From contig NW_026948187.1 of NCBI RefSeq assembly GCF_963921235.1, positions 6,634,001 to 6,698,000 of the forward strand: a stretch of 64,000 nt of DNA, written 5' to 3'. The notes beneath the pieces were generated by a model. That model had not been told where the DNA came from and made no database searches. It saw only the letters and a list, made by a program, of their open reading frames with translations. The stretch is from Mobula hypostoma (Eukaryota). A program made the translations under genes and the position numbers. Below are positions 11,397-22,525 of the stretch, in pieces. Every line of letters starts with the position of its first letter. The first letter of the stretch is position 1.

Positions 11397-11580
11397 CCAC
11401 TGGGGGGCGCTGTTACTTCTCGACTGTTGGCCGCCGCTGTGGTTTTATGATCGTGTCGTTGCACTGCAGCAGGGCTTCGGTAGGGGGCGCTCTCAGTGAC
11501 GTCAGTGTCTGCTGGCGGTCCTGCCTGCTTCCTGCACGCCGAGGGCTTGTTTTTGCAGCTCGGAATCGGTAGGGGGCGCA
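11397..11580 (+). promoter_or_regulatory. Cluster of three forward-oriented CTCF-like motifs plus a CRE decamer
   Basis: CCACTGGGGGGCGC 11397-11410; TCGGTAGGGGGCGC at 11477-11490 and 11567-11580, each preceded by TGCAG exactly 7 nt upstream; AGTGACGTCA 11495-11504. Confidence 0.6.
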
Positions 11581-11937
11581 ATTCGTGACGGCAGTGTCTT
11601 CTGCTGAGCTGGATCAAGGCAAAGCGGCCTTCCTGACGCCGTGCCTGGACACGGACGGTCGAGTGGAGGCCCCTCAGCGAGACCAGGGGTTCCAAGTGGG
11701 TGAAGTAAGGACAGATATGAACGGCTGGGAGTGTTTGGGGGGGGTGGGGGGGGGGGAGCCGGTGTGGGCATTGAATGGGAGGCGTCAGTGCGTGACGGGC
11801 AGGTGGAATGGTCGGAGGAGTATTTAATATATTTAATTTATTTCGTGGAAACGTCGAGAATGGACTGGGTAGCCAGGAGGTGAACAGAAAGCAACGCAGG
11901 GGGGTTATTTTAAGCAGGAGGTGGAGGATGGTGGTCT

Positions 11938-12754
11938 AACACGAGGAATTCTGCAGATGCTGCAAATTCAAGTAACTCACATCAAAGTTGCTGGTGAACG
12001 CAGCAGGCCAGACAGCATCTCTAGGAAGAGGTACAGTCGACGTTTCGGGTCGAAACCCTTCGTCAGGCCTAACTGAAGGAAGAAAGTAAGAGATTTGATA
12101 CTTGCCAGAGGGAGTGTTACTAAGTACTGACCACGCAGGGTGCTCCCGATGTGGCCTTCTATATATTGGCGAGACCCGACGCAGGCTGGGAGACCGTTTC
12201 GCTGAACACCTACGCTCTGTCCGCCAGGGAAAGCAGGATCTCCCATTTTAATTCCACGTCCCATTCCTATTCTGATATGTCTATCCACGGCCTCCTCTAC
12301 TGTCAAGATGAAGCCACACTCAGGTTGGAGGAGCAACACCTTATATTCCATCTGGGTAGCCTCCAACCTGATGGCATGAACATTGACTTCTCTAACTTCC
12401 ATTAATGCCCAACTTTCCCCTCGCACCCCATCCGTTATTTATTATTTTCTCTCTTTTTTCTTCCTCTGTTCCTCTCACTATAATTCCTTGCCCCTCCCCC
12501 TTTCTTTCTCCATAGGCCTCCTGTCCCATGATCCTCTCCCTTCTCCAGCCTCGTATCCCTTTTGCCAATCAATTTTCCAGCTCTTAGCTTCATCCCTCCC
12601 CCTCCCGTCTTCTCCTATCATTCCACCCCCCCCCCAACACTTTCAAAATCTCTCACCATCTCTTCCTTCATTTGGTCCTGACGAAGGGTTTCGTCCCGAA
12701 ACGTCGACTGTACCTCTTCCTCCAGATGCTGCCTGGCCTGCTGCGTTCACCAGC
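11938..12754 (+). mobile_element. Penelope-like element fragment (GIY-YIG endonuclease C-terminus) with inverted terminal arms
   Basis: SDMSIHGLLYCQDEATLRLEEQHLIFHLGSLQPDGMNIDFSNF; inverted arms at about 11990-12067 and 12677-12754. Confidence 0.7.
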
Positions 12755-12779
12755 CTATTTTATCTGTGTCCATTAGTGC

Positions 12780-13190
12780 TCAGGCGGAGGGTCTTGAGAG
12801 CTTCACGTTCCACGGTGGATATAAAACACAGAGCAGTGCAGTGCCGCAGAGGTCATTCAAAACACCATTTGCGCTGACCTTGATGCGGACTTATACTACC
12901 TCTCCTCCTGCTGTGCATTGTCCCCACCCCCTCCCATTCACGTATCTCTGTAAAAACCACTCCACCCGGCTCCCTGTTTCTAGCACTCCCCCTGGTGGCC
13001 CATTCTGGGCACCTACCGCTCTCCGCGTTAAGGAAAGGAACTTGCCTGCCCCCATCAGGCAGAAGTCACAAAAGCCCGAGAGAGCGTCCCACCAGACTCT
13101 ACGAAAGCTTCTACCCCGCGGTAACAAAACTATTGATCAGGACCTCTTGTTCGAGAAGAAAAGCGAGCGATGTCGTGCCGACTTTTAACC
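12780..13190 (+). mobile_element. Rex1/Babar-type 3' fragment
   Basis: LPPSGRSHKSPRERPTRLYESFYPAVTKLL resembles the Rex RT C-terminus. Confidence 0.55.
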
Positions 13191-13194
13191 TACT

Positions 13195-14935
13195 GCAAGA
13201 TCATTCTGTCCCATTCTTCTACATAACCCTTCATTGTTCTATTATCAACGTGCCGATCTAAATGCCTATAATATATCTGCCTCTGCGCCACCCCTGGCAG
13301 GTTGTTCAAAGCACCCATCACTCCCAGTTTAAAAAAAACTGCCCCTGATATCCCGCTATATATTCCTCCGATCACCTTAAAACTATGTACCAACGTACTA
13401 GCCTTTCGCTCACTGGAAAGAGGACTGACCAACCTATACCCTTGATTTTTCACAATTTAATTTAAGTAATCTTCGCTCCAAATGGAAAGAAATACACTAG
13501 AGGGTCCAAACTCTTCTCACAAGCCATACTCTCGAATCCAGGCAGCACCCTGGTGAATCCCCTCTTTGCACGCTCTCTAATCCAGGCAGCACCCCGGTGA
13601 ATTTCCTCTGTACCCTCTCTAATCCTGACAGCATCCCGGTGAATCTCCTCTGCACCCTCTCTAATCCAGGCAGCATCCTGGTGAATCTCCTCTGCACCCT
13701 CTCCAATCTGGAGAGCATCCTAGTGAATCTCCTCTCCACCCTCTCTAATCCTGGCAGCTTCCTGGTTAATCTCCTCTGTACCCTCTCTAATCCTGGCAGC
13801 ATCCCGATGAATCTCCTCGGCACCCTCTCCAATCTGGACAGCATTCTGGTGAATCTCCTCTCCACCCTCTCTAATCCTGGCAGCATCCCGGTGAATCTCC
13901 TTTGCATCCTCTCTAATCCGAGCAACATCCTGGTGAATTTCCTGTGCACCCTCTCTAAACCAGGTGGCATCCTGGCTAATCTCTTCTGCACTCTCTCTGA
14001 TCCAAGCAGCATCCCGGTGAATCTTACATGCACCCTGTCTAATCCAGACAGCATCCTAGTGAATCTTCCATACACCCTCTCTAATTCAGGCGGCATCCTG
14101 GCGAATCTCCTTTGCATCCTCTCCAATCCGAGCAACATCCTGGTGAATTTCCTGTGCACCATCTCTAAACCAGGCGGCATCCTGGCGAATCTCCTCTGCA
14201 CGCTCTCCAATCCAGGCAGCATACTGGTGAATCTCCTTTGCATCCTCTCTAATCCAGGCAGCATCCTTGTGAATCTCCTCTGCACCCTCTCTAATCCAGG
14301 CAGCATCCTGGTGAATCTCCTTTGCATCCTCTCTAATCCAGGCAGCATCCTGGCGAATCTCCTTGGCACACTCTCCAATCCAGGCAGCATCCTGGTGAAT
14401 CTCCTCTGCACCCTCTCCAATCCAGGCAGCATCCTGGTGAATATCCTCTGCATCCTCTCTAATCCAGGCAGAGTCCTAGTGAATATCCTTTGCATCGTCT
14501 CTAATCCAGGCAGCAACCTGGTGAATCTCCTCTGCACCCTCTCTAATCCAAGCAGCATCCTGGTGAATCTCCTTTGCATCCTCTCTAATCCAGGCAGCAT
14601 CCTGGAGAATCTCCTTTGCATCCTCTCTAATCCGAGCAACATCCTGGTGAATTTCCTGTGCACCATCTCTAAACCAGGCGGCATCCTGGCGAATTTCCTC
14701 TTCACTCTCTCTAATCCAGGTGGCATCCTGGTGGATCTCCTCTGCACGCTCTCCAATCCAGGCAGCATCCTGGTGAATTTCCTCTTCACTCTCTCTAATC
14801 CAGGCAGCACCCTAGGAAATCCGCTCTGCAACCCCTCTAAAACATCCAAATCCTTCAAATAATGAGGCGACCAGAAGTGAACAGTGTTTCAAGTGTAGTC
14901 CAACCAGGGTTTTATAGAGCTTTACTTTTTTGTGA
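13195..14935 (-). mobile_element. CR1 fragment whose ERVQRRFTRMLPGL segment is amplified into a minisatellite
   Basis: CR1 ORF2 sequence lies on both sides of the array. Confidence 0.75.
13525..14840. repeat. 42-bp minisatellite, about 31 copies
   Basis: Unit TGCACCCTCTCTAATCCAGGCAGCATCCTGGTGAATCTCCTC; gives 14-aa repeats on both strands. Confidence 0.95.
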
Positions 14936-14969
14936 TAATATGTTTTTCATGATAGGTGGTGAGGAAGTC

Positions 14970-15560
14970 ATATTCCTCGCTTCCTCTATCTCTCGCCAGT
15001 TCTTTCATCTCTTACTACTTCTACCTCTCCGATTCTCCGTTCTTCCGTCCCCTTTCTCTTTTCTCTCTCGTACTTCTCCTCACCTTTCAACTTTCAGCAA
15101 CACCATCTCCCACTTCTCCCCTTCCCTCTCGTTCCTCCTCTTGGTCCTATCTTCCCTCGCCTTCTCTTCACACCTCTCGGTATCATCTCTCTCCCGTCTT
15201 CTTCCCTTCTTCTCCCCATTTAACCTCCTCCTCCCCATCTCTTTCTGCTTCTATCCCCTCTCGCTCCAACCTTGCCCCCTCTCCCTTCTCGTTGCCTCAA
15301 CTCTCTCCACTCTCTCTCCCTTATCTATCCGCACCGCTCATCTCTACCTCTTTCACCGATAGCATCTCCGCTCACCTCCCTCCCCCTTTCCCACTCCATC
15401 CTCTCTTCTCCGTTCTACATTAACCTTCACTGCATCTCTTTCTTCCTTCCTTCTGTCCCACTCTCTCTCCCTCCAGTTCCTTCCCTTCTTCCCTCCTCTC
15501 TTTCCCTCCAGTTTCGCCACCCTCTCTCCCTAATCTCTTTCAGCCTTCCTCCTCTACTCG
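14970..15560. repeat. CT-rich low-complexity tract
   Basis: Polypyrimidine composition. Confidence 0.85.
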
Positions 15561-15577
15561 AGCGGATAAAGCGGGAT

Positions 15578-15873
15578 AGTTTTTCCTCGCAAGCCATTAG
15601 GCAGGCGTCACGTGGCTAGAAGCGCAGTGATACATATGTCCGCGTCGCTGGTTATCGGCTTACGGTGCTTGAGCGTCGACGTCCTATCTCCTTCCGCGCT
15701 CAGCCAGCCCATCCCCCTTGTGCTGCCCGCCGCCACCAGATCACAGCCAGCCCCCTTCCCGAGTTCAGCGGAGTGGACCGTCCAGACCTGGGCGCAAAAT
15801 GCAGGCGGACGCTTTGCTGCGGACAATCGACTTCGGAAACGTTGTGCTGGATCAGGATTTTCGAGACCGAAAG
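15578..15873 (-). pseudogene. TRBV: Degenerate TRBV pseudogene with a shortened RSS and no identifiable leader
   Basis: Polypyrimidine tract and CAG| acceptor at 15874/15873. Joining frames gives ILIQ..FPKSIVRSKASA..CAQVWTVH..LNSGRGLAVI..AEGDRTSTLKHRKPITSDAD-MYHCASS. Followed by CACGTG and, 28 nt from the first C, GGAAAAACT (15586-15578). Confidence 0.7.
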
Positions 15874-16061
15874 CTGTGTGGTTGTCGGGGTGGGGGGGGG
15901 GGGAAGGTGGGGTTGGGTAGGAGCGGGGCTGGGGTGACGAGTAGCAGGTGAGGGGAGGCAGTGAAAGGTGCGGAGGGAAGAAAAAACAGGAAGGCAATTG
16001 GAAAGAAATTAAAGCATTCTGACTGGTTGTGTCACGGGGCTCCGAAGCTCAGGATGTGTGG

Positions 16062-16636
16062 GTCTGACCCGGAGGAATACGGAGACGGGAACTGCGCACG
16101 GTAACCCCGGTGTGTGTGGGTCTGACCCAGGGGGGATACGGAGACGGGAACTGTGCACGGTGCATCCAGCGTGTGTGGGTCTGACCCAGGGGGGATACGG
16201 AGACGGGAACTGTGCACGGTGCTCCCGGTGTGTGTGGGTCTGACCCGGGGGGGATACGGAGACGGGAACTGTGCCCGGTGCTCCCGGTGTGTGTGGGTCT
16301 GACCCAGGGGGGGGATACGGAGACGGGAACTGTGCACGGTGCTCCCGGTGGGTGTGGGTCTGACCCAGGGGGGGATACGGAGACGGGAACTGTGCACGGT
16401 GCTCCCGGTGTGTGTTGGTCTGACCCGGGGGGGATACGGAGACGGGAACTGTGCACGGTGCTCCCGGTGTATGTGGGTCTGACCCAGGGGGGATACGGAG
16501 ACGGGAACTGTGCACGGTGCTCCCGGTGTGTGTGGGTCTGACCCAGGGGGGATACGGAGACGGGAACTGTGCACGGTGCTCCCGGTGTGTGTGGGTCTGA
16601 CCCAGGGGGGATACGGAGACGGGATCTGTGCACGGT
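16062..16636 (-). repeat. ~58-bp minisatellite, array B (reverse complement of array A)
   Basis: Unit GGGGGGATACGGAGACGGGAACTGTGCACGGTGCTCCCGGTGTGTGTGGGTCTGACCC, about 10 copies. Confidence 0.92.
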
Positions 16637-16719
16637 GGGTCCGATATTCAGTGCAATATGAAGGGTACTCGCCACCCTGATACGGAACGGGTTGCGTTCG
16701 AGCTTTCATGTTGTGTGAG

Positions 16720-16758
16720 GGTTTTTGCTCAGGCAATGATTCGCTCCTCAACGCCGTG
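16720..16758 (-). other. 23-RSS of V1
   Basis: Heptamer CACGGCG, 23-nt spacer, nonamer GCAAAAACC. Confidence 0.9.
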
Positions 16759-17366
16759 CCGAATCTTTGGCAGCGCAGAAGTACATCGCCGCGTCCTTCT
16801 CGCCAACGCTCTCGATCTCCAGGGAGGACTCTTTATTGTCCTTCGCGGAGGTGATGGCGAACCCGCTCCGGAAACCGTCCTCGTACTGGGGCTCGTTGTT
16901 TCGGTAGACAGACCCGATCAGCGCGAAACCGTCGGCGGGCGACTGTCGGTACCAAAGCACGTAACTCCGGACCGTCCCCTGCTGGAGACAGGCAATCGCG
17001 GCCGTTTTGCCCTCGCTGACGCTGAGCGAAACGGGCTGCTGAGAGATGTCACTCGCCTGGGACGCCTCTGGAAAGAAGAGGAGTGAAAGGGAGACTGTAC
17101 CATTAAAATATGGTATGGCTTGGGTACGGGAGAGACAGATAGATCTATCTATGTATGTGTCTACTTATCTATCCATCTTACTGTTCATCAATCAGATCCC
17201 CCCCGTCGCCTCTCCCTCTCCCTCTACCACTCTGCCCATCTTCATCTTTTCCTCTCCTCTGTCTGTCAGTGGACGGGAGCGACCGAGCGGCAGGATCAGC
17301 CTCAGACCGGAGAGGACACCTACCGAGACTCAGCGAGAGCGCGGCGACGAACAACAGCCACGCCAT
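16759..17366 (-). CDS. TRBV: TRB variable gene V1 (leader exon 17366-17324, V exon 17067-16759); most D-proximal intact V
   Basis: MAWLLFVAALSLSL G|GTAGGT...TTTCCAG| then ASQASDISQQPVSLSVSEGKTAAIACLQQGTVRSYVLWYRQSPADGFALIGSVYRNNEPQYEDGFRSGFAITSAKDNKESSLEIESVGEKDAAMYFCAAKDS. Phase-1 intron, both Cys and the Trp present, 23-RSS. Confidence 0.93.
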
Positions 17367-17424
17367 CTTTGAAGGCGCCTTCTGCCTCCCTCCGCCGCGC
17401 CGCGGGCGAGGAGCGGCGACGGGT

Positions 17425-17470
17425 CGGGCGGGGCGCGCCCACGTGACGCTGGGAAGGTGCGCGTCACTGC
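17425..17470 (-). promoter_or_regulatory. V1 promoter elements
   Basis: GC box near 17427-17433, E-box CACGTG 17440-17445 overlapping TGACG, and AGTGACGC near 17461-17468 resembling the mammalian V-beta CRE decamer; 60-100 nt upstream of the ATG. Confidence 0.5.
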
Positions 17471-17924
17471 GCCTCTGCTCCACCCCCCCTTCCGGGAGAG
17501 TCAGTCGGAGGGACAGCGAGGGGAACTCCCCGGACCAGCGGACGTCGGGCGTCTGCACGGCGGGAGGCCTTGCAGATCATCCCCAGAAGAGGGAAAAATA
17601 AAGGAAGCGCGCAAACGCGCGGAGAAAATGTTCAGGAACCGATGCACATCCCCATCTCTCCGGGAGGGGGCAATGAAGTACCTGCAGGAGTGGAATCGGG
17701 AAACCCAAAGTTTTTAAAAATTGCTAATTTTGCAGCAACGAAACAGAGCAAAGACGTACAATTTCAACAAAGGAAAAAAAAACGTAGAATTTAGTTGATG
17801 AAAGAAGGAATAGGGAAATACAAGTATGCAACTGGATAGAGGGAAGGAAACAAACAGGGAGAGGGAGAGATATAGATAGAGAGCGTGAGAGAGAGGGAGA
17901 GAGAGAGAGATAGAAAAGAGAACA

Positions 17925-20900
17925 AAGGAATCTGCATCACATTAAAAGCCCTTCAGCGACAATGCTGTGTCGACCAAGTAACCTATTCCAGAAACTGCCT
18001 CGAATTTCCCTGCCGCAAAGCCCTCAATTTTTCGAAGTTTCATGTACCTATCCGAGAGTCTTTCAAAAGACCCTATTGTATCCGACTCCACCGCCGCAGC
18101 CCGCAGCCCATTCCACGCACACACCGCTCTTTGTGCGAAAAATGTGCCCCTGACATCCTCCTCTGTACTTGCTTCCAAGCACCCGAAACCTACGCCCCTT
18201 CGTGTCAGCCATTTCAGCCCTGGGGAAAAAAAGCCTCTGTCTATCCACAGAATTAATACTTCTCTTCATCTTGTACACCTCTATCAGGTCACCTCTCATC
18301 CTCCGTCGCTCCAATGAGAAAAGGCCGAGTTCACTCAACCTATTCTCATAATGCATGTTCCCCAAGCCAGGCAACATCCTTTCAAATCTCCTCTGCTCCG
18401 TTTTCTCTGGTTTCCACATCCTTCCTGTAGCGAGATGACCAGAAACGAGCACAGTACTCCAAGTGGGGTCTGACCAGGATCCCATAGAGATGTAACATTA
18501 CCTCTCGGCTCTTAAACTTGGTCCCACGGTTGATGAGGGCTAATGCCCCGTATGCCTTCTTAACCCCGCAGTCAACCTGCGCGGCAGCTTTGAGTGTCCT
18601 ATGGACTCGGACCCCAAGGTCCCTCTGATCTTCCACACTGCCAAGAGTCTTACCATTAATGCTATATTCTGCCATCATATCTGACCTACCAAAATGAACC
18701 ACCTCACTCTTATCTGGGTTGAACTCCATCTGCCACTTCTTAGCCCAGTTTTGCATCCTACTGATGTCCAGCTGTAACCTCGGACTGCTGTCCACACTAT
18801 CATAAGACATAGAACCATAACAGCTTCCTCTGGCTATCCACACGATCAACGCCTCTCAGAATCTTATTCACCTCTTTCAGGTCACCTCTCATCCTCTGTC
18901 GCTCCAAGGAGAAAAGGCCAAGTTCCCTCAACCTATTCTCATAAGGTATGCTCGCTAAACGAAGCAGCATCCTTGCAAATCTCCTCTGCGCTCTCTCTAT
19001 AGTATCCACATCCTTCCTGTGGTGAGGTGACCAGAACTGAACCCAGTACTCCAAGTGGGGCCTGACCAGGGTCCTATATAACTGTAACATTACCTCTCGG
19101 CTCCTAAACTCAATTCCACCGTTGGTGAATTCCACCACACCATGAGCCTTCGTAATAACACTGCTAACCTGCGCAGAAGCTTTGAGTGTCCTATGGACAC
19201 AGACCTCAAGATCGCTCTCATCCTCCACACTGCCAAGTGTCGTACTATTAATGCTATATTCTGTCTTAAAATTTGAGCGACCAAAATGAACCACCTCACA
19301 CTTCTCTGGGTTGAACTCCATCTGCCACTTCTCAGCCCAGTTTTGCATCCTATCGATGCCCCGCTGTAACCTCTGACAGCCCTCCAGACTATCCACAACC
19401 CCCCCAACTTTGATGTCATCAGCAAACTTACCAACCCAACCCTCCACTTCCTCATCCAGGTCATTTATAAAAGTCACAAAGAGGCGGAACGGATCACTGT
19501 ACTCTATGCAGAATATGACCCATCTACAACCAGTCTGCCTTCTGTGGGCGAGCCAATTCTGAATCCCCAAAGCAAGGTCTCCTTGGATCTCTTCTCCTCC
19601 ATACTTTCTGAATGAGCTTTGCACGAGGAAGCTTATCAAATGCCTTACTGAAATCCACATACACTACATCCACTGCCCTACCTTCATCAATGTGCTTTGT
19701 TACATCCTCAAAGAATTCAATCAGGCTCGTAAGGCACGACCTGACCTTGACAAAGCCATGCTGACTATCACTAATCAGATTACGTCTCTTCAGATGCTCA
19801 GAAATCCTGCCTGTCAGGATCGTCTCCAACGAACTAGGAACATTGAAAACCTACAGCACAATACAGGCCTTTCGGCCCACAAACCTGCGCCGAACATGTC
19901 CTTACCTTAGAACTACATAGGCTTTACCTATTTTTCTAAGCTGCATGTCGCCATCCAGGAGTCTCTTAAAAGACCCTATCGTATCCGCCTCCACCACCGT
20001 CGCCGGCAGCCCATTCCACGCACTCACCACTCTCTGCTTTAAAAACCTACCCCTGACATCTCCTCTGTACCTGCTGCCCAGCACCTTAAAACTGTATCCT
20101 CCTGTGGCAGCCAAATCAGCCCTGGGGAAAAAGCCTCTGACTATCCACAGGATCAATGCCTCTCATCATCTTATACACCTCTATCAGGTCACCTCTCATC
20201 CTCCGCCGCTCCAAGGAGAAAAGGCCGAGTTCACTCAACCTATTCTCATGAGGCATGCTCCCCAATCCAGGCAACATCCTTGTAAATCTCCTCTGCACCC
20301 TTTCTATGGTTTCCACGTCCTTCCTGTAGTGAGGTGACCAGAACTGAGCACGATACTCCAAGTGGGGTCTGACCAGGGTCCTACATAGCTGCAACATTAC
20401 CTCTCGGAACATCCCGAAGTTTAACTTGCAGGTTGGGTCGGTGGTGAGTTAGCAAATGCCATGCGAGCATTCATTTCAAGAGGCCGAGCATACAACAGCA
20501 AGCATCCGATGCTGAGGAAATATGAGGCACTGGTGAGGCCTCACCTTGAGCATTATGAACAGGTTTGGGCTCCTCATCTTAGAAAAGATGTGCCGGCTTT
20601 GGACAGGGCCCAGAGGAGGGTTCACAAGGATGATTCCAGGAATGAAAGAAATGTTTGATGGTTCTGGGAATTCAGAAGGATGGGGGCTGGGGGTGGGGAT
20701 CTCATTGAAACATTTCGAATGTTGAAAGACAGAGTAGATTTGGAAAGGATGTTTCCCATGGTGGGGGAGTCTAGGACAAGAGGGCACAGAGTCAGGATAG
20801 AGGGGCACCCTTTCAAAACAGAGATGCGGAGAAATTTCTTTAGCCAAAGGGTGGTGAATTTGTGGGATTTGTTGCCGCAGGCAGCTGTGGAGGCCGGGTC

Positions 20901-21080
20901 GTTGGGTGTATTTAAGGCAGAGATTGATAGGTTCTTGATTCGACACGGCATCAAAGGTTCCGGGGAGAAGGCCGGGAACTGAGGTGGAGGAGGAGATAGA
21001 TAAAAGGATCAGTTATGATTGAATGGCGGAGCAGACTCGATGGGCCAAATAGCCTAATTCGGCTCCTATGTCTGATGGTC
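17925..21080. mobile_element. Cluster of nested or adjacent CR1 ORF2 fragments (mostly minus strand; 20430-21080 plus strand)
   Basis: Several ORFs with KWQMEFNPEKCEVVHFG, LVRPHLEY and RRMRGDL. Confidence 0.88.
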
Positions 21081-21419
21081 TTATGGTCTAATAGCATTCC
21101 CTTACCCAAACTGTCGGCTCCGAACCCTCTCCAGCGTTATGATGATAGAGATAGAGTTGTGATCACTGCGTACAAAATGGTCTCCCATCAAGAAATCTGA
21201 CAACTGACCAGGATTATTTCCCCTCCTGGACACCCCGAACAAACTCTATCCCATCTAAACCCCTTGCTCTAAGGAGATGCCAGTCAATATTAGGAAGGTT
21301 AAAATCACCCATCACAGCAACCCTATTATTATTGCACGGCTCCAGAATCTGCCTCGCTATCTGCTCCTCGACGCGCCTGTTACTAATGGGGGTCTATAAA
21401 AACACCCAGTAGAGTTATT

Positions 21420-22323
21420 GCCCCCTGCCTGTTTCTAACATCCACCCACAGAGACTCCGTAGACAATCCCTCCATGACTTCCTCCTTTTCTGCAGCCGTG
21501 ACCCTATCTCTGATTTGCAATGCCACTCCCCCCCATCTCGTTTGCCTCCCTCCCTGTCCTTTTTAAAACATCTAAAACCCGGCATATTCTACAGCCTTCC
21601 CTGCCCCTGAGAAATCCAAGTCTCTGTAATGGCCACAAAGTCCTAGTTCCATGTATTGATCCGCGCTCTAAGTTCATCCATCTTGTTTATGATACTCCTT
21701 GCATTAAAATAGACACATCGCAAACCATCAGGCTGAGTGTACCTTTGCTCTACAATTTGCCTATCCTTCCTCACAAACTCTGTCCAAGCTGTCTCTGCTT
21801 GAGCGCCAAACGCTCCACCCTCTGCCTCTTCAGTTCAGTTCCCACCCGCTGCAAGTATAGTTTAAACCCTCCCCAAAAGCATTAGCAAACCTTCCCGCCA
21901 GGTCATTAGTCTCCCTCGGATTCAAGTGCAAACCTTCCTTTTTGTACAGGGCACGCCTGCCCCAAAAGAGGTCTCAATGATCCAGAAATCTGAATCCCTG
22001 TTCCCTGCTCCAATCCCTCAGCCACGCATTTACCCTCCACCTCATTCTGTTCCTATACTCACTGTCGCGTGGCACAGCCAGCAATCCCAAGATTGCTCTC
22101 TTTGAGGTCCTGCTTCTCAGCTTCCTTCCTCACTCCCTGGATTATGCTTTCAGGAATTCCACCGGTTTTCTACGTTTGTCGTTGGTGCCAATATATACCA
22201 CGACCTCTGGCGGCTCACCCTGCCATTTCAGGCTATTGTGGACGCGCTCAGAAGCATCACAAGCCCTGACAAGAGGGAGGCAAGCTAACATCCTTGTTTT
22301 TTCTTTCCGCTTCCACGGAATCG
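21420..22323 (-). mobile_element. CR1 ORF1 (esterase-like) region fragment
   Basis: ASERVHNSLKWQGEPPEVVVYIGTNDKRRK. Confidence 0.65.
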
Positions 22324-22525
22324 NNNNNNNNNNNNNNNNNNNNNNNNNNNNNNNNNNNNNNNNNNNNNNNNNNNNNNNNNNNNNNNNNNNNNNNNNNNNN
22401 NNNNNNNNNNNNNNNNNNNNNNNNNNNNNNNNNNNNNNNNNNNNNNNNNNNNNNNNNNNNNNNNNNNNNNNNNNNNNNNNNNNNNNNNNNNNNNNNNNNN
22501 NNNNNNNNNNNNNNNNNNNNNNNNN
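22324..22525. other. Assembly gap (N run)
   Basis: Run of N. Confidence 1.

Noticed and set aside
15667-15873. Apparent open phase-1/phase-1 exon (acceptor 15873, donor C|GTAAGC).
   Set aside because: The single-frame protein is unrecognisable, while the multi-frame reading recovers V-domain landmarks and an RSS; treated as a V pseudogene.
10390-16636. Regular short repeat arrays that might suggest CRISPR.
   Set aside because: Head-to-tail units with no unique spacers, no cas genes, and a vertebrate context.
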